A DNA stretch of 64,000 bases, from contig JAZKFH010000038.1 in NCBI GenBank assembly GCA_040386535.1, forward strand, positions 59,191 through 123,190, given 5' to 3'. A program made the position numbers and the translations under genes. This DNA is from Myxococcota bacterium. Its GTDB lineage: Bacteria; Myxococcota_A; UBA796; SXON01. Below are positions 61,955-64,000 of the stretch, one piece after another (position 1 is the first letter of the stretch; each line of letters opens with the position of its first letter). Below the pieces are notes generated by a model. It was not told where the DNA came from, ran no database searches, and saw only the letters and a list, made by a program, of their open reading frames with translations.

Positions 61955-64000
61955 TCACGGAAGCAGGATTTCGAGGCCCGCGCTCACCGCGTACACCGGC
62001 CGAGGGCCGTGGTCGCGGAAGTGTATCGTAAGCTTGGGATTCGCGGGGCTGCCTTCACGTTTCGAGATCGTGCCCGTGCCGAGCAGCGGGTGGAAGACCT
62101 CGACCCCGACACGGAAGGACTCCAGGTCGTCCGGGACGAGCTTTCGCACCCCGGCGGGCGGGACCGCGGCTTTGAGGCGGTTCGGCTGCGGGGGCGCGAA
62201 CGTGCCGCCGCCGAACGAGGGCGTGCGGGGCGTCGGCGCGGCGGCGCGGGGCGGAGGAAACCCGCTGTAGGACGGACGCGTGGGCGCGCTCGGCGGGGTC
62301 GGCGCGCGCGGCGCCTGGAAGGGGCGGGCGCTCACGGACGCGGGCACGTCCCCCGTGAGGAGCTTCGTGGGCAGCTCGCGCAGGAAGCGCGACGGGAGCG
62401 TCGGTTCGAAGCGCATCTCGCTCCCCATGCGCATCATCCGGCGCGACGGGAGCGTGAGGAACAGCTGTTCCCGCGCGCGCGTGATGGCGACGTAGGCCAG
62501 CCGCCGCTCCTCTTCGATCTCCGCCTCCTGCTCGGCGCGCGCGTGCGGAAAACACTTCTCCACCAGGCCCACCACGAAGACCACGGGGTACTCGAGCCCC
62601 TTGGCGAGGTGGGCGGTCAGGAGCGTGACGGCGCCGGCGTCCTGGTCGGGGAGCTCGTCCGCCTGGCCCGCGAGCGAGACGCGGTCGAGGAAGGCGCGGA
62701 GCTTCTCCAGCGGAGACTGCGGGGCGCGCGGCAACGGATCGCCGTAGTTGTCCATCTCGACGTCCAGGCCGTCATCCTCCTGGACCGCCTTGGACAACGC
62801 CTCGATGTTCTCCAGTCGGCCTCGGGCCTCGTCGGTGTTCTCCGCCTCGAGCTCGGCGATGTAGCCGGTCTTGGTGGCGATCTCGGTCACGAGCTCACCC
62901 GGCTGCACCAGCAGCGCCAAACGCTCGAAGTTGTCCATCATCATCGTGAAGGCGGCGAGCGCGTTGCCGACCCGGCCGCTCTGCTGGCCGAGGTTCCGCG
63001 CGGCCTGCCGCAACGTGATGCCGAAGCGCGCGGCCTCGTCCGCGATCTGCTGGACCGCCTTGTCGCCGAGCCCGCGCGTCGGGATGTTGATGATGCGGGC
63101 GAACGCGATGTCGTCCGCCGGGTTGACCACCAGCTTCATGTAGGAGACGAGGTCGCGCACCTCGCGCCGCTCGTAGAACTTCTTGCCGCCGACGAGCACG
63201 TGCGGGATGCGCGCCTGCAGGAGCGCCTGTTCGAACGGGCGGCTCTGCGCGTTGGTGCGGTAGATGATCGCGATGTCCGCCGGCCGCAACGTGCCGCGCA
63301 GGAGGCTCCGGATCTCGTCGGTGACACGCGCGGCCTCCTCGGCCTCGTCGGTCGCCCGGATGACGCGGATGAGGCCGCCCTGGTCGGCGTCCGTCCACAA
63401 CGTCTTGTCCTTGCGCTGCTGGTTGCGCTTCACCAGCGAGGAGGCGGCGTCGAGGATGGTCTGCGTCGAGCGGTAGTTCTGCTCGAGCCGCACCACCGTC
63501 GCGTTCGGAAAATCCTTCTCGAAGTCGAGGATGTTCCGGATGTCCGCGCCGCGGAAGCTGTAGATCGACTGGTCGTCGTCACCCACCACCGCGAGGTTGC
63601 GGCCGGTGATCTTCTCGCCCCACGGCAGCGTGAGCGAGTCGTAGTCGCACAGCAGCTTGACCAGCTTGTACTGGGCGGGGTTGGTGTCCTGGTACTCGTC
63701 CACCAGCACGTAGCGGAACTTGCCGCGCCAGTGGTCGAGCACCTCGGGCTTGAGCTCCCAGACCTCGACCACCTTGTTGACGATGTCGTTGAAGTCGAGC
63801 GCGTTCGCCGCCTTCATGCGCTCCGTATACATCCGGTACACGCGCGCAAGGTTGGGGGTGTCGTCCTTCTCCGTCGGCACCCGGAGCGCGTTCTTGGCGC
63901 GGTCGATCGCGCTGCGGAAGCTGGCCGGCGGGTGCTGCTTCGGGTCGAGCTTCAGCTCGGCGAGCACGGCCTTGAGTACGCGGGTCTGATCGTCGTCGTC
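61955..64000 (-). CDS. UvrD/PcrA family SF1 DNA helicase (5' end outside window)
   Basis: VDEYQDTN, VGDDDQSIYSFRGA, LEQNYRS, AKGLEY and EERRLAYVAITRA motifs; Tudor-like C-terminus. Confidence 0.95.
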   Translation of the reverse strand, partial: DDDDQTRVLKAVLAELKLDPKQHPPASFRSAIDRAKNALRVPTEKDDTPNLARVYRMYTERMKAANALDFNDIVNKVVEVWELKPEVLDHWRGKFRYVLVDEYQDTNPAQYKLVKLLCDYDSLTLPWGEKITGRNLAVVGDDDQSIYSFRGADIRNILDFEKDFPNATVVRLEQNYRSTQTILDAASSLVKRNQQRKDKTLWTDADQGGLIRVIRATDEAEEAARVTDEIRSLLRGTLRPADIAIIYRTNAQSRPFEQALLQARIPHVLVGGKKFYERREVRDLVSYMKLVVNPADDIAFARIINIPTRGLGDKAVQQIADEAARFGITLRQAARNLGQQSGRVGNALAAFTMMMDNFERLALLVQPGELVTEIATKTGYIAELEAENTDEARGRLENIEALSKAVQEDDGLDVEMDNYGDPLPRAPQSPLEKLRAFLDRVSLAGQADELPDQDAGAVTLLTAHLAKGLEYPVVFVVGLVEKCFPHARAEQEAEIEEERRLAYVAITRAREQLFLTLPSRRMMRMGSEMRFEPTLPSRFLRELPTKLLTGDVPASVSARPFQAPRAPTPPSAPTRPSYSGFPPPRAAAPTPRTPSFGGGTFAPPQPNRLKAAVPPAGVRKLVPDDLESFRVGVEVFHPLLGTGTISKREGSPANPKLTIHFRDHGPRPVYAVSAGLEILLP

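Overview
Very GC-rich bacterial chromosomal segment. MYXO-CTERM-like sorting tails, acidic DCDD metal-binding repeats, FG-GAP lipoproteins and zinc-ribbon/AgmX-like proteins point to a Myxococcota-type organism (inference). About 50 protein-coding genes are supportable. Housekeeping genes include cstA, lpxD, lspA, typA, pepF-like, speA, ogt, a GspE/PilB ATPase and a truncated UvrD/PcrA helicase. There are many secreted or lipoprotein genes and a dispersed surface-modification set (carbamoyltransferase, B12 radical SAM, GT2, rSAM/SPASM, methyltransferase, flippase-like). No rRNA, tRNA, CRISPR array or transposase was recognised. Highlights: (1) a coupled soluble histidine kinase plus receiver-Mrr-type nuclease pair (23113-25547), a candidate phosphorelay-gated defence system; (2) a PlpX-like splicease radical SAM facing a small zinc-ribbon lipoprotein with an MYG motif (35435-36994); (3) a SIR2-pseudo-receiver fusion behind a 63-bp hairpin repeat array; (4) two ~86% identical orphan TetR genes sharing the same operator and promoter layout; (5) frequent leaderless-type promoters; (6) several REP-like repeat clusters. 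All assignments come from motif recognition by eye; no database searches were run.
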